NCBI RefSeq assembly: GCF_001194135.2
Contig: NC_068985.1
Span: 71,752,032-71,805,656, forward strand
DNA: 53,625 nt
Reading direction: 5' to 3'
Origin: Octopus bimaculoides
Lineage: Eukaryota
The notes beneath the pieces were generated by a model. The model made no database searches and had not been told where the DNA came from. It was given only the letters and a program-made list of their open reading frames with translations. Position 1 is the stretch's first letter, and the number at the start of each line of letters is the position of its first letter. A program made the position numbers and the translations under genes. Below are positions 26,223 to 38,554 of the stretch, one piece after another.

Positions 26223-27199
26223 TTGATTTTTAATTATGTATGAAGAATTTGAATAGGAACTTTCTTATATCAATCTCAATATTTGACTGGTAAGGTTTCT
26301 AAACTAATAATATTAACAATTTCTAAAATAATAATGATGATGATATTTTCTAACAAAAGCAAGCATAAGGAAAAAAATTCGGTGGTGGGGAACGGTCAGT
26401 TATATCTCACCCTCAGTACTTAACTGGTACTTTAAATTACACTGTAACAATATTTTTTTTTTTTTTGTCTTCAGTCAGTAAGTGTTATTTCCTCTTTCTT
26501 TCTATCTAGAAATCAAAGGAAATGACTACTATCCCCTTTAAACTTTGCTTTTGTGACTTGGACATCAATGTTTTCAAATTTCAGACAAATCTAGTACTGA
26601 GTTGCTGAAGCAGAATTTTCTAGAACTTTCTAAAAGTTTCAAGAATTTCCAGAACATTCTGGCAACATAAATGGCTGTATAAATACAAAAATCATAAGCT
26701 CAACAGTTCAGATTTTTACTTTTAGCTGTTCAAGTGGAGACAAATTTGAGGAACGTAAAGTTTGAAGGAACTATTAGCTCTTTTTCATACTTTCTAGGGG
26801 TAAGCAAGTAGGAAATAACAGTTGTTACCCAAAGACAAAAATTGTGTTACATAATGTTATCAACCCTGGAGGATGAAAGGTAAAGTGTAGTTTAGTGGGA
26901 ATTTGATTCAAAACAAAAAAACTGCAAGGCATTTGTGTGGCACTAATAATCTGCCAATCCACCACTTTATCAAGGTTTCTGATGTAGGGCTAAGGCCAGT
27001 AATTTTAAGAGGAAGGGATTTGTGTTGGTACCACCAACCGCTCTACTTGATTAGTTTTTGTTTATTCACCCTGAAAGGAGGAAAGCTTCTGTAGGATTCA
27101 AAACCAGAAGGTAAAGAGCTGGAACAAATTCTGCAAAACATTTTTTCTAACACTTGAATGAGTTTGGGTACAAGGCCAGAAGAAAGGAATAATCTATTA

Positions 27200-28330
27200 C
27201 AAAGGTCAGCTGAAAAGTTTATAGGCTGACCAAGATATTCTCATGGGATGTGACCAAATGAGGTTTAGTTTTCAACATAGTGCCCCTTGCAGTCCACACA
27301 CTTCTTCCATCTGTGTTGCAGTGCTTGGATTCCATTGGTGAAGAAGCTTTCATCTGGTTGATAAAAAAAAATCACCAAAAACAGATATGACATCATCATC
27401 ACTGCAATACTGGTTCCCAGCCAAGTGTTTTTTCATGTTAGGGAGCAGATGATAGTCAGATTGGGCCAAATTAGGAGAATAGGGACAGTGATCAACCAGT
27501 TGAAAGCCACAGTCACACTCACCAGCTGTTGAAACCAAGAACTTACATGCTGGAGCCTTGTCCTAACGAAGCAAGGCTCCTTTTGTCAGCTTTCCTGGGT
27601 ATTTGGTTTTGATAGCCCTTCATAACCACTTCAACAGGTTAGTATAGTACTCTCCATTGATGGTGTGGACCTTTTGAATAATAAACACAATGCCTTTTGC
27701 ATCCCTCACTGCAAATGAAATGATCTTGACCATCTTCAGAACAGGTGAGAGGTGGGTGTTTTCACTGCATGGATTATCTCTATGTCTCTGACTCAAAGTG
27801 ATGAACCCAACACTCATCCTAGCTTAGGAAATGTTTGAGGAAATCATCTGGAACTTCCTGAAACAATGTCAAATTTTTTCATGATGTCATCAGCCCGATG
27901 CACTTTTGATAAGGTGTCAGATGTGACATCCACTGACCAGAAATGTTCGTCATGCCAAGTTCATTGTGCAGAATATTCTCAATTCTCTCACAGTATATGT
28001 ATGCTAACACCATTGACTATTTGATTTCTAGTCAATCTCCTTTCATCCACCATCATATGGTGAATACAATCAATGTTTTCTTTAGTGGTGGTAGTTGCAG
28101 GATGTCCAGCCCTTATGTCATCTTAAAGACTCTCTATTCCCCTCCCAAATTCAGCTGCTCACTTTTGCAATGTTGATAAAGCTGGGGTATCATCCCCTAC
28201 TGTAGCAGTCATGTCAACATGAATGTCCTTGTGGTGAGGCTTTTTCTGTAGGTACTTTATAACACCACAATGTCAAATTTTGTTCATTTTCAAGAGAAGT
28301 CTCTACTAGTTGCTTATGAAGTATTCTTTG
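27200..28330 (-). mobile_element. Mariner element, one TIR retained
   Basis: TA|caaaggtcagctgaaaagtttataggctgacc at 27200. No matching TIR found beyond the transposase start; right boundary approximate. Confidence 0.85.
27265..28287 (-). pseudogene. Mariner transposase pseudogene
   Basis: MNKI*HCGVIKYLQKK start; DAKGIV...HTINGEYY; HCPYSPNLAQSDYHLLPNMKKHLAG (cf. HPPYSPDLAPSD); C-terminus RWKKCVDCKGHYVEN*. Confidence 0.9.
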
Positions 28331-30628
28331 AACAGTCAGATGTCAGTTTTTCTAGAAAGAGATGATGCAGTTGAAATTAATGTATGCAGTATTTCACAGC
28401 TCTAGCATCACTCCTTCATAGTCAACCCACTTTCATACATTGATTTTAGAACCTGATTGGGACTTATTTTATCAACTTCAGAAGGATGAAAGTCAGAGTT
28501 TAACCTTAATATGATTTGAATCCAGAATGTGGAGGTTTGTGACTGTAGTGATTTTTCCAATCCAATAATTTCTTGTATTTGCAACAAGAACAACAGACAG
28601 GGTTATATAACAAGGATAAATTACAAATACTGCTCCTTCCTTACCTATGTTTGTGTATGCATGTGTTTATGCACAAAGTTACTACACCACATATTGCCTA
28701 CCACCCAGAATCTTCCTTTCAACAATTCACACAAACCACCACATTACATCCCTTCCTATTCTACCCTAACATACTACATCTTTTCAAATTTTCCTAATAA
28801 AGTAACTACATCACTATCTACTATGTGTGCTTACTCTGATGTGTGTGCCAGGTAGCTCTAATCCAGCAAGTCTATGAGTAAGTAAAAGCATTCTAACCAT
28901 AATTTTTGTCTCTTTTTTTTTTTTTCCCCCAGTAGGTATCTGTTGTGTTTTCGTTTTTTGTATTTGGTTTGCAAGATTCTTTATATGAGTTCATGAGTTG
29001 AAACAAATTTTATTGTGTCTAGGGAGAGTCATTGTGTCAGTATATTTAACACACACACACTGATTCAATTCCACTCATTTATTGAAAATCCAACTTTTGT
29101 TTTTGTTTGTCAAAACTCTTTCTTTGCTTTTTGTAACCTTCTCAGTGACTATCGACTCAGTCTGTTATAGACAGCACGTTTGTTACACATGCAACAAAAT
29201 CTCAAACAGACAAATAAATGAGCCTTCTATAATGGATTGAGCTGATCGTCTCTGAGAAGGTTGCAAACAGCAATGAAAGAGCTTTGACAAAAACAAAGAC
29301 AAAAATTGGATATTTAATAAATTGAGTGGAATCGTGCCAGTGTGTTCTAATGTGTCTTACTTTTTATTTTTTAAATTTTTTTGTGAAGGAAATTTAGTTG
29401 CTATTCTTAGCATGTTGGGCAACTTCATGGAGGCTTCTTTGTTGGCTTGTCTTCCTTCTTGCTATTCTTTAAGGTAATGGGAAGGTAGTAGGTTGTCTGT
29501 TCACATTGCTTAGTTTTAAAAGAGCCTGGAGCCAAGCTAAGCTATGGATGAATGCAATCAGAGTGACTGCAGAATTTTTGTTATTGTGAACAAATTTCTA
29601 CTGAAAATGAAAGGTTATAGGTGAACATTTACTGCCTCTGCCTCTGGGCCATCCCTTCTACTTCCTCCTTTCTTAGCAGAAATTACATTATGGAAGTGAT
29701 TTCCTTATAGACACTAACAAAATATCTTGTCAACTTTTCTTCATTCAAGACAGAACATGCTTCCACCACATGTGTTTTATTTATTTTATCCTCCTGTCAC
29801 ACACACACACACACACATACTTTAGTACTATGGAGTCCATCAAGGGAGCCATGAGGTGGCAGTTCAAACTGTTAAAAATAGGTATGTGGAAGTTTGAAGT
29901 ACTAGAAATCATAATCTCTGTTTAGTACTTTGAAATAGAACCACTATATAGTTATCCAGAGTGGTAGAAATAACTGTCAAATCTCCTTCAAATCATATTC
30001 TTTCATCTTAAGAAAAGGACGCATCGTAGTTATAAATAGTGAATTTTCCAAAAAAAAAAAAAATGTAATGGGCTTAGCTAGAACGTTTTTGATCAAAGAT
30101 TTGCTCCCACTTAATCCAACTTAGACCTGTGTTGTTTAGCCCCAGGTTTTCACTTATCAAGCAGACCTATGATCAGAACATTCTTACCAACACAATCACA
30201 TTCTTAACTTATATGCAGAGAACTCAGGACTATATTATATGATGTGTTCTTTTCTATGACTGCAGGGTGTAAAGTGAGGGATATTTGTATGATATTTTTA
30301 GTAGAATGAGAATCTACTGTGAGGTTCCTTCATTGGCCTATGCTCCCTTGTTTGAATACTCGTATGTGTTGTGTTTGTGCGTGTTTGAGGTTTGAACTGT
30401 ATATCTATTTGTGGTGGTGGTGTCTCATGTTAGGTCAGCCCTGATCAAGCAGACATGTCTAGAGGTATTTTAGCCATGACTATCATATATTTTAAGTCTA
30501 TGTGGGGTTACATTATCTATTGTGGATGCAATTTGAGGGAGCATTGACTGATATTTCTAACATCATAACATATCTGTAGGGTAACAGTTTCTGGGTCAAA
30601 ATTAATCTTATGATCAGTAGTGATAGAA

Positions 30629-30873
30629 CTGTGGTTCTCAAAGGCCATATTGTCTTTGGGGGTCCATTTAAGATTTTGTTGTTAAAAATTTATCTGCAAT
30701 ATATTGGTTATACTTCAACAATACACATAATGTTTTAAATTTTTTTATGCAATTCCTAATGATATTTGATTATAAAAATACAATAGGATATTTTTTAAAA
30801 CATTGAATAGCTCTGGGTGTCCAGCAGAGTAAAATAGGAATATCCGTAGGTAAAAAATGGTTGAGAATCCTTG
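30629..30873. mobile_element. hAT (Charlie-like) MITE
   Basis: Termini ctgtggttctcaa and ttgagaatccttg (cf. CAGTGGTTCTCAA); 8-bp flanks TGATAGAA and TCTTAGAA (6/8). A related right end ggttgagaaccac lies near 34328-34340. Confidence 0.6.
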
Positions 30874-31150
30874 TCTTAGAACATGTTATAGCAATGCATG
30901 TTTAAGATTTATGACATAAAACTTGTATCCATTTTAAATGCCATTCAGAAAACTTCTTGTTTATTTTAAGTCTAACAGTCTTTTGTTTTTTTATGCCCAA
31001 GTCAGAGGAGGAATAGCAGCATCTGCTACCATATCCAGAGCCTCTGAGACTAGTGTGAGAAAGTTATCCTCTTGACAAATAGCCTGATTTAAATTGAATT
31101 CTGCTTGAGGCACTCACAGATAGGTGGTACTAACCCAGGCAATGGATTTA

Positions 31151-31369
31151 CCCTTTAGCACACAGATTTTCTGTAAAATGTAGAGCTTATTTATTGATAT
31201 TGTTTTGAATTTATCATGCATTATCTCATAGCTTTGAGAATTCAATAACATTATCATTGCATTTATAGAATAACATTGTAGGGTGGGTGTGAGAGAGCAG
31301 ATCTGGCTGGTTTGAATATAAAGCATTTTAATATTTGGGCCAGATATGGCCAGTTTAAATGCTAAAGGG
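31151..31369 (+). mobile_element. piggyBac-like MITE (family P1)
   Basis: ttta|ccctttagca ... aatgctaaaggg|tcaa. Confidence 0.7.
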
Positions 31370-31640
31370 TCAAGTCTACCTTGCAGGCTTCCACACAATT
31401 TCTGTTAACCAAATTTAACTCACCAGACTTTGATCAACTCTGGGCTGTGATAGAAGACACAGTAAGATGAAGTTCCAAATTTTAAAATTCATCTTTCCAC
31501 TTGACACACAAATTTATTAAGTTTTTATGACATTTTTCTGCTAATTTTACTGAAATAAACCCTCACTGGTTTTCTTGAATTCTAGCTATTCTTGTTTTGT
31601 AGTTTGTTCAATGATTGTTGTTGTTGTTATATCCTCTTCC

Positions 31641-31944
31641 TGGCATTCTGTCAGTTACAATGACAAGGGTTTCAGTTGATCCGATCAACAGAACAACCTG
31701 TTCATGAAATTACATGCAAGTAGTTGAGCACTCCACAGACATGTGTACCAGTAACATAGTACCAAGGGAGATTCCGTGTGACAAGGCTGGCCCTTTGAAA
31801 TACAGGTACAACTCATTTTGGGCAGCTGAGTGGACTGGAGCAACGTGAAATAAAGTGCCTTGCACAAGGACACAACACGTCGCCGGCAATTGAACTCACA
31901 ACCTCACGATTGTGAGTGGAATACCCTAACCACTAAGCCACGCA
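31641..31944 (-). mobile_element. tRNA-like SINE (family C)
   Basis: Reverse complement of the 38245-38554 type (head gcgtggcttagtggttagggta...gagttcaatt). Confidence 0.85.
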
Positions 31945-32583
31945 CTTTCTGTTGTTATATAAACAGTGAAATTCTGCATAGATATGTTTGAATAATGGAA
32001 TACTTTGAAAAGACTTTCAGATTCAGCAACCTAGATGGGCAGCTTATTATTGTTGATGTTTAACCCCACCAAGTGAACCCTGACTGAGCAGATCCATAGT
32101 CAAAGCTTTGCATATCTAGAATCGTATTATATTATTCACTTTGACCTTTTCCTTTTTAGGATGGCATATTTCAAGGGAGATTTTGTTACTATTGTCAGTA
32201 ACTGACCACATCTGCCCCCAAGAGATTCCTTTCTTGATGGAGACAATTATGAAATATCAAGAGAGTAATCATTTCTGGGATAAAGTTAACCACATGCTCA
32301 TCCTTTCTCAGCTGTAGCTATTGCTCTATATGCCATAACCCTTTCATTGTTATACTTGTAATTAAATACACAGTATATGTGTTTCATTTAATTTTGAAAA
32401 TATTCAAGAATTGGAAGGAATTAGTAAAATTTTAATGAAAAGCTGTGTCATTATAAGGCTTTGGAAATAAATTAATGGAAAGTTTGTAATAAAATTCTGG
32501 TGGAAAGATTTAATCTAAATATGAGCACTTTGAAATAAGTTTTATATTGGAGAACCAGCAGGTTTGTGTTGAAAGAATATTAA

Positions 32584-32805
32584 CCCTTTCGTTACCATAT
32601 TCCTTTCAGCATGAAACTAACTTTGTTTCAATTAATTTTGAGAATAATGAAGAATTTAGTAAGATAACTTTGACATTATTAAGCTGGTTTTTGAAACATA
32701 ATTTAACATGAAATTTTGACAGTAAAGTTTTAATTTAGATCACTTTAAAACCGAATTTGTAATATAGAAACAAAGGTAGTTTCAGGCAGGTTGGTACCGA
32801 AAGGG
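32584..32805. mobile_element. piggyBac-like MITE (family P2)
   Basis: TTAA|ccctttcgttacca ... tggtaccgaaaggg|tatg; interior differs from P1. Confidence 0.6.
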
Positions 32806-33207
32806 TATGACATTTGACAGTTAGTATAAGTATTTGGCTTTCATACTGGACAACTTGGGTGATTATGCTGAGATTATCTTAGCTTTGGTCATCTGAATGA
32901 TATATTATTGTTGTTTGAACCCAAGGTCAATCTCTAGTGGAACAGTCCTTTGATAATCCTACCTTACTTTCAAGTTATAGTGTATCTAGGACTACGTTGT
33001 CCACTTTGTCCATTATCCTCTTTGTTTTTAAGATGTAAGGATATGATCTGAGGTAGATATTCGGCTGCTGTTTGTAGTAGATTGAGTAACTGTGTAGACT
33101 GGCCTTCATTGGGTCAGTGACTCCAATGTTTATTCTCTTCATAATGTGTCCTTTCAGGAAAGCCATTTCAAAACAGTATATCCAATTATCTAGCTTATTA
33201 AGCCTGT

Positions 33208-33269
<62 letters not shown>

Positions 33270-33854
33270 TCAGCAAGAAGAACATACAAAGGAAGGGAAG
33301 GAGAGAAAGTGGAGAGAGAAAGACGGTAGAGAGGGGAAAAAGGGGAGAGAGAAAGACAGTAGAGAGGAGAGAAAGAGGGTGTCTATAATGAAGCAAGAAT
33401 AAAGTTTGCTGTCAATTAATTGAAATAAATGCTTGACAATTAGAAAGAAACAAATACATTATTCAATGACATTTCCAATTTTCTTCTGACTTGCGTATGC
33501 CTCTGCATGTACATGTGCATGCATATGTAAGTATGTCAGTTTTTGGAAATGAAAAGTAGTTAAATGCTGTCTTCATTCCTGCATACTTTCAATGTCATCA
33601 TCATCATTTTGCATCTATTTTTCCATGCTTGCATAGTTTAAATTGTAAATGTGTAACCATCATCACCATTTTCCATTCACTTTCCATACTGGCATGGGTT
33701 AAACAGATCATTACGGCTGGAATCAGCACATATGCAAGAATACAACTTACCTAGATAAGTCAGAGGAGCACATTTTATTCCTGCTTAATTTTTGGCTTAG
33801 TTTCTATGGCTGAATGCACCTTAACACCAACTGTGTTATAGGATGTGTTTCTTT

Positions 33855-34112
33855 TTTTCGTCTTTTATTTGTGTCAGTCATCAGACTGCAACCATGGGGC
33901 ACCATCTTGAAGAATTTTACTCAAACAGATTGACCCCTGTACCTATGGTTTTTTTAAGCCTAGTATTTACTCTACCTGTCTGTTTTGCCAAGCCATTAAG
34001 TTATGGTGACATAAACGCACCAACACTGGTTGTCAAATGGTGCAGGGACGGACACACACACACACATGCATGACAGACTTCTTTCTGTTTCCGTTTACCA
34101 AATCCTTTCACT
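33855..34112 (-). mobile_element. SINE family D, 3' part
   Basis: Reverse complement of 36360-36637, including the internal (CA)n. Confidence 0.65.
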
Positions 34113-34944
34113 CATAAAAAGTTTTGATTTAATTGTATTTATTGTAAGAAATAGCTAGGTTTCTTTCTCTAACATTTTACATAGTTCAACCTATACAGCT
34201 GAATGAGTGAATAACAAAATAGGTATTTTGAGAGAAGTATGTAAAAAATTAGGTTTTATGCATTGAATGGCTTTGAGGTGTCCACCAGAATATAATAGTA
34301 AATGAAGAGGTTCTTAGGTAAAGAATGGTTGAGAACCACAAATCTAGAACAACAGAAGCAAACAGCATGTGCACAAGAACATGTTAGGTGCATCTGTGCT
34401 GAGAAAAAAGAAATAAAAACTGTTTACTAATCCATTGGTATGCAACTTATATTAAATTACTGTTTTTTTGTATTAAGTTTTTGACCTGTTTTTCATGTGA
34501 GTTTTTAGAGACTTCAGCTAAAAGGAGTTTCAAATATAATTAGCAAGCAAGGGGTTCCCCACTCCCTGTTTCAAGAATTGTTCATTGGTTCAGGCGACAA
34601 AATTGGTTGGTATAATTTGCTGTTGGGTGTAGTTTCAACACTGTAGAATTTGCATATGTTTCATTGGTTCACAGAACTGATTTCAGTTCTTTCAGTGGGC
34701 TAAATTACTTGCAATAGAGTAGAGAAAGGTGTGTGTGTATGTGCAAATATGTGTTTCTGTGTGTATTTGCATGTTTGCTTTTTATATATATATATATATA
34801 CTACCATAGGCGATGTTACAGTGATGTAATCCTGGTTTGGTGGTTAGCACACCTACATAGTTTACAGAAGACATGCTATTTGAGTCCCATAGGCAATGTT
34901 TCAATTTCTCTCTGTCATCATCTATATTATTTATATATATATAT

Positions 34945-35150
34945 ATTGGTTTCAAATTTTGGTACAGGGGTCGGGGAGGGACTAAGTTGTTCTCATTGAC
35001 CCCTTGTACTTGATTGGTACTTATTTTATTGACCCCAAAAGGATGAAAGGCAAATTCAACACTGGCAAAAGTTGATCGTAGAACATAAAGACAGATGAAA
35101 AACTGCTTAAACATTTTGCCTGGCGTGCTAACGATTCTGCCAGCTCGCCC
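34945..35150 (-). mobile_element. tRNA-like SINE (family B)
   Basis: tggtacttattttattgaccccaaaaggatgaaaggcaaa...gtgctaacgattctgccagctcgcc. Confidence 0.8.
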
Positions 35151-35580
35151 GTCTTCAAGTTTTATCTTTTTTTATATTTTCATATCTTTATTAGTCCTTT
35201 ATATTTGGTTTGGAACAATAATGTTCTGAAATTCATTAGTCTGTTTAGAGATTTTCAGTCAATTAAATTAACTGTTGTTATGGCATGTAATACATGCACT
35301 CTGGAGTAAGTTGTAAAGGACTTGGGACCACACACACACACACACACACACACACATTATGTGTTGACAGACTACTCTGAGTCTCACTCTTGGCTGAGCT
35401 GTTCATCACTGTTGTAAGCAGCCTAGCTTAGGGTGAAACTCAGAGTAGACTGCCAACTTTGATGCAATCAATATATATTTATCCACTCTACCCAGCTTAT
35501 TGAGTTCTATACCAAATAATGTTTGCACTATGTAAAATGTGTTATTGATATATTCTACTACTGTTAAATACACTGTATAT

Positions 35581-35640
<60 letters not shown>

Positions 35641-35964
35641 TCCCTTGCGTAAAGATATTGGGATTGTGCTGATGATGGTAATGATGATGTCTGATGTGAT
35701 CATTCAGGAGCTACAATATTAAGAGTAATAGCAGCAGTAGTTAGTGGTAGTAGTAAATATGTTGATAAATGTAGCCTGATCTTCTGAGAAACAAAATATC
35801 TCCAGGGTAGGATATGTGTGAAGAGAGATATTTTCCCAGACACTGTTCACTTCACTTTTGCTCTTTTTTTTTTTGTTTGTTGGTGTTATTGTTGTTTATA
35901 TTCCTTTACAGTTCTGGTAACTATAGACGAAAATGGAGTATTTCATGGCTGGATGCAGAAACTT

Positions 35965-36010
<46 letters not shown>

Positions 36011-36110
36011 ACATACACACACACAAACACTTAGCTATGTGGCCAAAACCAATTTAAGAAATATATGTATATCTATATATGTGTATACATGTGTGTGTGT
36101 GTGTGTGTTT

Positions 36111-36120
36111 NNNNNNNNNN
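36111..36120. other. 10-N gap flanked by an identical ~110-bp duplication (assembly artefact)
   Basis: 35999-36110 is repeated exactly from 36121. Confidence 0.9.
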
Positions 36121-36256
36121 TCTCTCTCTGACACATACACACACACAAACACTTAGCTATGTGGCCAAAACCAATTTAAGAAATATATGTATATCTATAT
36201 ATGTGTATACATGTGTGTGTGTGTGTGTGTTTGTGTATCTATGAATATGTAGGCAC

Positions 36257-36637
36257 AGGCATGGCTGTGTGGTAAGAAACTTGCTTCACAATAACATGGC
36301 TCTTGGTTCAGTCCCACTACGTAGCACCTTAGACAAAGTGTTAACCAAGGCCTTGTGAGTGGATTTAGTAGACAGAAACTGAAAGAAGCCCATCGTATGT
36401 GTGTATATTTATGTGTGTGTGTGTGTGTATGTGTGTGCATCTTTGTGTGTGTTTGTTCTCCACCACCATTTGACAACTGGTACTGGCGTGTTTATGTCCC
36501 TGTAACTTAGCAGTTTGGCAAAAGAATCCAACAATATAAATGCCTGGCTTAACAAATAAGTCCTGGGGTCAATTCAATCTACTAAAAAATTTAAAAGTGG
36601 TGCCCCAGCATGGTCAGAGTCTAATGACTGAAACAAA
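36257..36637 (+). mobile_element. tRNA-like SINE (family D) with internal (GT)n
   Basis: Head gcatggctgtgtggtaagaa...ggttcagtcccac; tail ggtgccccagcatggtcagagtctaatgactgaaacaa. A reverse 5' half lies near 43433-43575. Confidence 0.75.
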
Positions 36638-38244
36638 TGTATGTGTGTGTTTGTGGTGTTTGTGTGTGTGTGTAGATATATATGTGTGCATGTGTATGTA
36701 TATGTATGTATAAACCTACACTTATGTGATATATGCTTATCAGTGTACATATTTACACACACACACACACACACACTTGCACGCACTTTTGTACATTTGT
36801 GTGTGTGTGTGTGTGCTGGTAGGGTAGGGAAGGGAAAGAAAGAGTTGGGGTGGAAAGTGTGGGGGAAGGAGGAAGTGGAAATCTGTTCCAACAATATGTT
36901 GCCCCCCCCCCCATTTGTCTAAATTCATATCATTTTTATCTCGATACAGATGCATGCATATATGCAAAGATATACTCGTGCATGCATTTACAGTCACCAT
37001 CTCACTCTCACACATATGCACACATCACTACCTCCCATAAACGCATTCATATACTTAGCCATATTTACACATGCATACGCATACATGTAGGAATAGAGTT
37101 TGACTCGGTTAGTTTCGCACCTTTGCATGCTTGTACATGTGTGTATGTGTGGATGTGTCTATGGTGTGTATGTAAGGTTGTGTTTGTTATTGTTTGTATG
37201 TGTGTATTATTGTGCATGTATGTGTGTTGGTGTGTGTGTGACTGTAATGCCCTTCCATGTATCTTTGTACAAATCCATAGGTCCATGATTTGCAGTGGAA
37301 ATCATGTAGAGATTGTCTATTGGTTTTCTGGAAATTCTTTAGAAATGATTGACTTCATTTGACACGGGTTTGATGCTTTTGTTTAACCCTAGGTCTGCCA
37401 TGATCAAGAATAAGTACACGTATGGTGCAGGAGCAATGGATTGGCAGAAGTAGTAGATCATTGGAGAAAATGTGTGGTTCAGGAGTGACATTTGGAAGAA
37501 AATGTAGAAATGTAGAAAATGTAGAATATAAAAAATGTAGAAATATAAAAAAAATAACACTTTGTAGTTTTTAGTTGCTTCACTTCACTTTTTAAATCCA
37601 AATTCAAACCACTTTACCTTTCAGCTGCCACAGTTAATAAAATAAATACCAGTTAAATATACTAGAGTTGAACTTTTCCCTTTCCCAAAATTTATAGCCT
37701 CGTGCCTGCTTATATCAGAAACCCTTAATTCTTTCATTCACTGTCTACTGACTTGTGAGTTTATGTCAAACAGCTGTTAACATGGGATAGATTTAGCTAT
37801 CATGCAAAGTCCATCATGGGGATTGCTCCATAGTCTTCTTTCTGTTGAGAAGAGCGGGTAATTTTCCAACAAAGATTGTATGATGAGCAAGATTGAAAGG
37901 ACTGAAGATAAACATTTCTCTCCACTCACTGACAAAGGGAGGAATATGAGAGTGGAGGGTGGAATATTGCTTTTTATAATTCAATGTAGTGATCCTAATT
38001 ATTTTAGTAATTTACTTTGCTTTGTCCATTCACCCAGTGCCTTTATAGTGTTGTTCTTGTCATTATTGTTGTCAATGTTTTGTGGCCAAATCTAGAGTCA
38101 TATTAGCATATGTTACATAACTGCCAAGAACATATAATTCTTCAGCCAAAACTTATCAGTTTGTGTAACACACTGTCAGTAACATCAAGAAATCCCCATC
38201 TACATTGAGAATGGATTTGTTTGTATAATAAACCTGTCAGAGAA

Positions 38245-38554
38245 GACATGTGGCTTAGTGGTTAGGGGTATTCAGCTCATGATTGTAAGGTTGTGAGTTC
38301 AATTCCTGGTGATGTGTTGTGTCCTTGAGCAAGACACTTTATTTCATGTTGCTCCAGTCCACTCAGCTGAGTAGTACCTGAATTTCAAAGGGCCAGCCTT
38401 GTCACATTCTGTGTCATGCTGAATCTCCCTGAGAACTACATTAAGGGTACACATGTCTGTGGAGTGCTCAGCCACTTGCATGTTGATTTCACGAGCAGGA
38501 TGTTCCATTGATTGGATCAACTGGAATTCTTGTAGTTGTAACTGACTGAGTACC
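38245..38554 (+). mobile_element. tRNA-like SINE (family C) with 11-bp TSD
   Basis: tggcttagtggttagg (A box) ... gagttcaattcc (B box); AAACCTGTCAG at 38230-38240 and 38555-38565. Confidence 0.85.

Noticed and set aside
32975-33208. Minus-strand (CT)n-ttgcacag acceptor followed by about 77 open codons
   Set aside because: The distal half is a copy of the abundant unclassified repeat, the acceptor is a microsatellite by-product, and no partner exon or protein motif was found.
35999-36232. Exact ~110-bp tandem duplication
   Set aside because: Split by a 10-N placeholder gap, typical of an unmerged contig overlap.
37497-37552. aaatgtagaa short repeats resembling an array
   Set aside because: Irregular short tandem motif with no spacers; not CRISPR-like, and the context is eukaryotic.
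38245-38320. tRNA-like heads with A/B boxes as tRNA genes
   Set aside because: No complete cloverleaf; they continue into SINE bodies with TSDs and occur in multiple copies.
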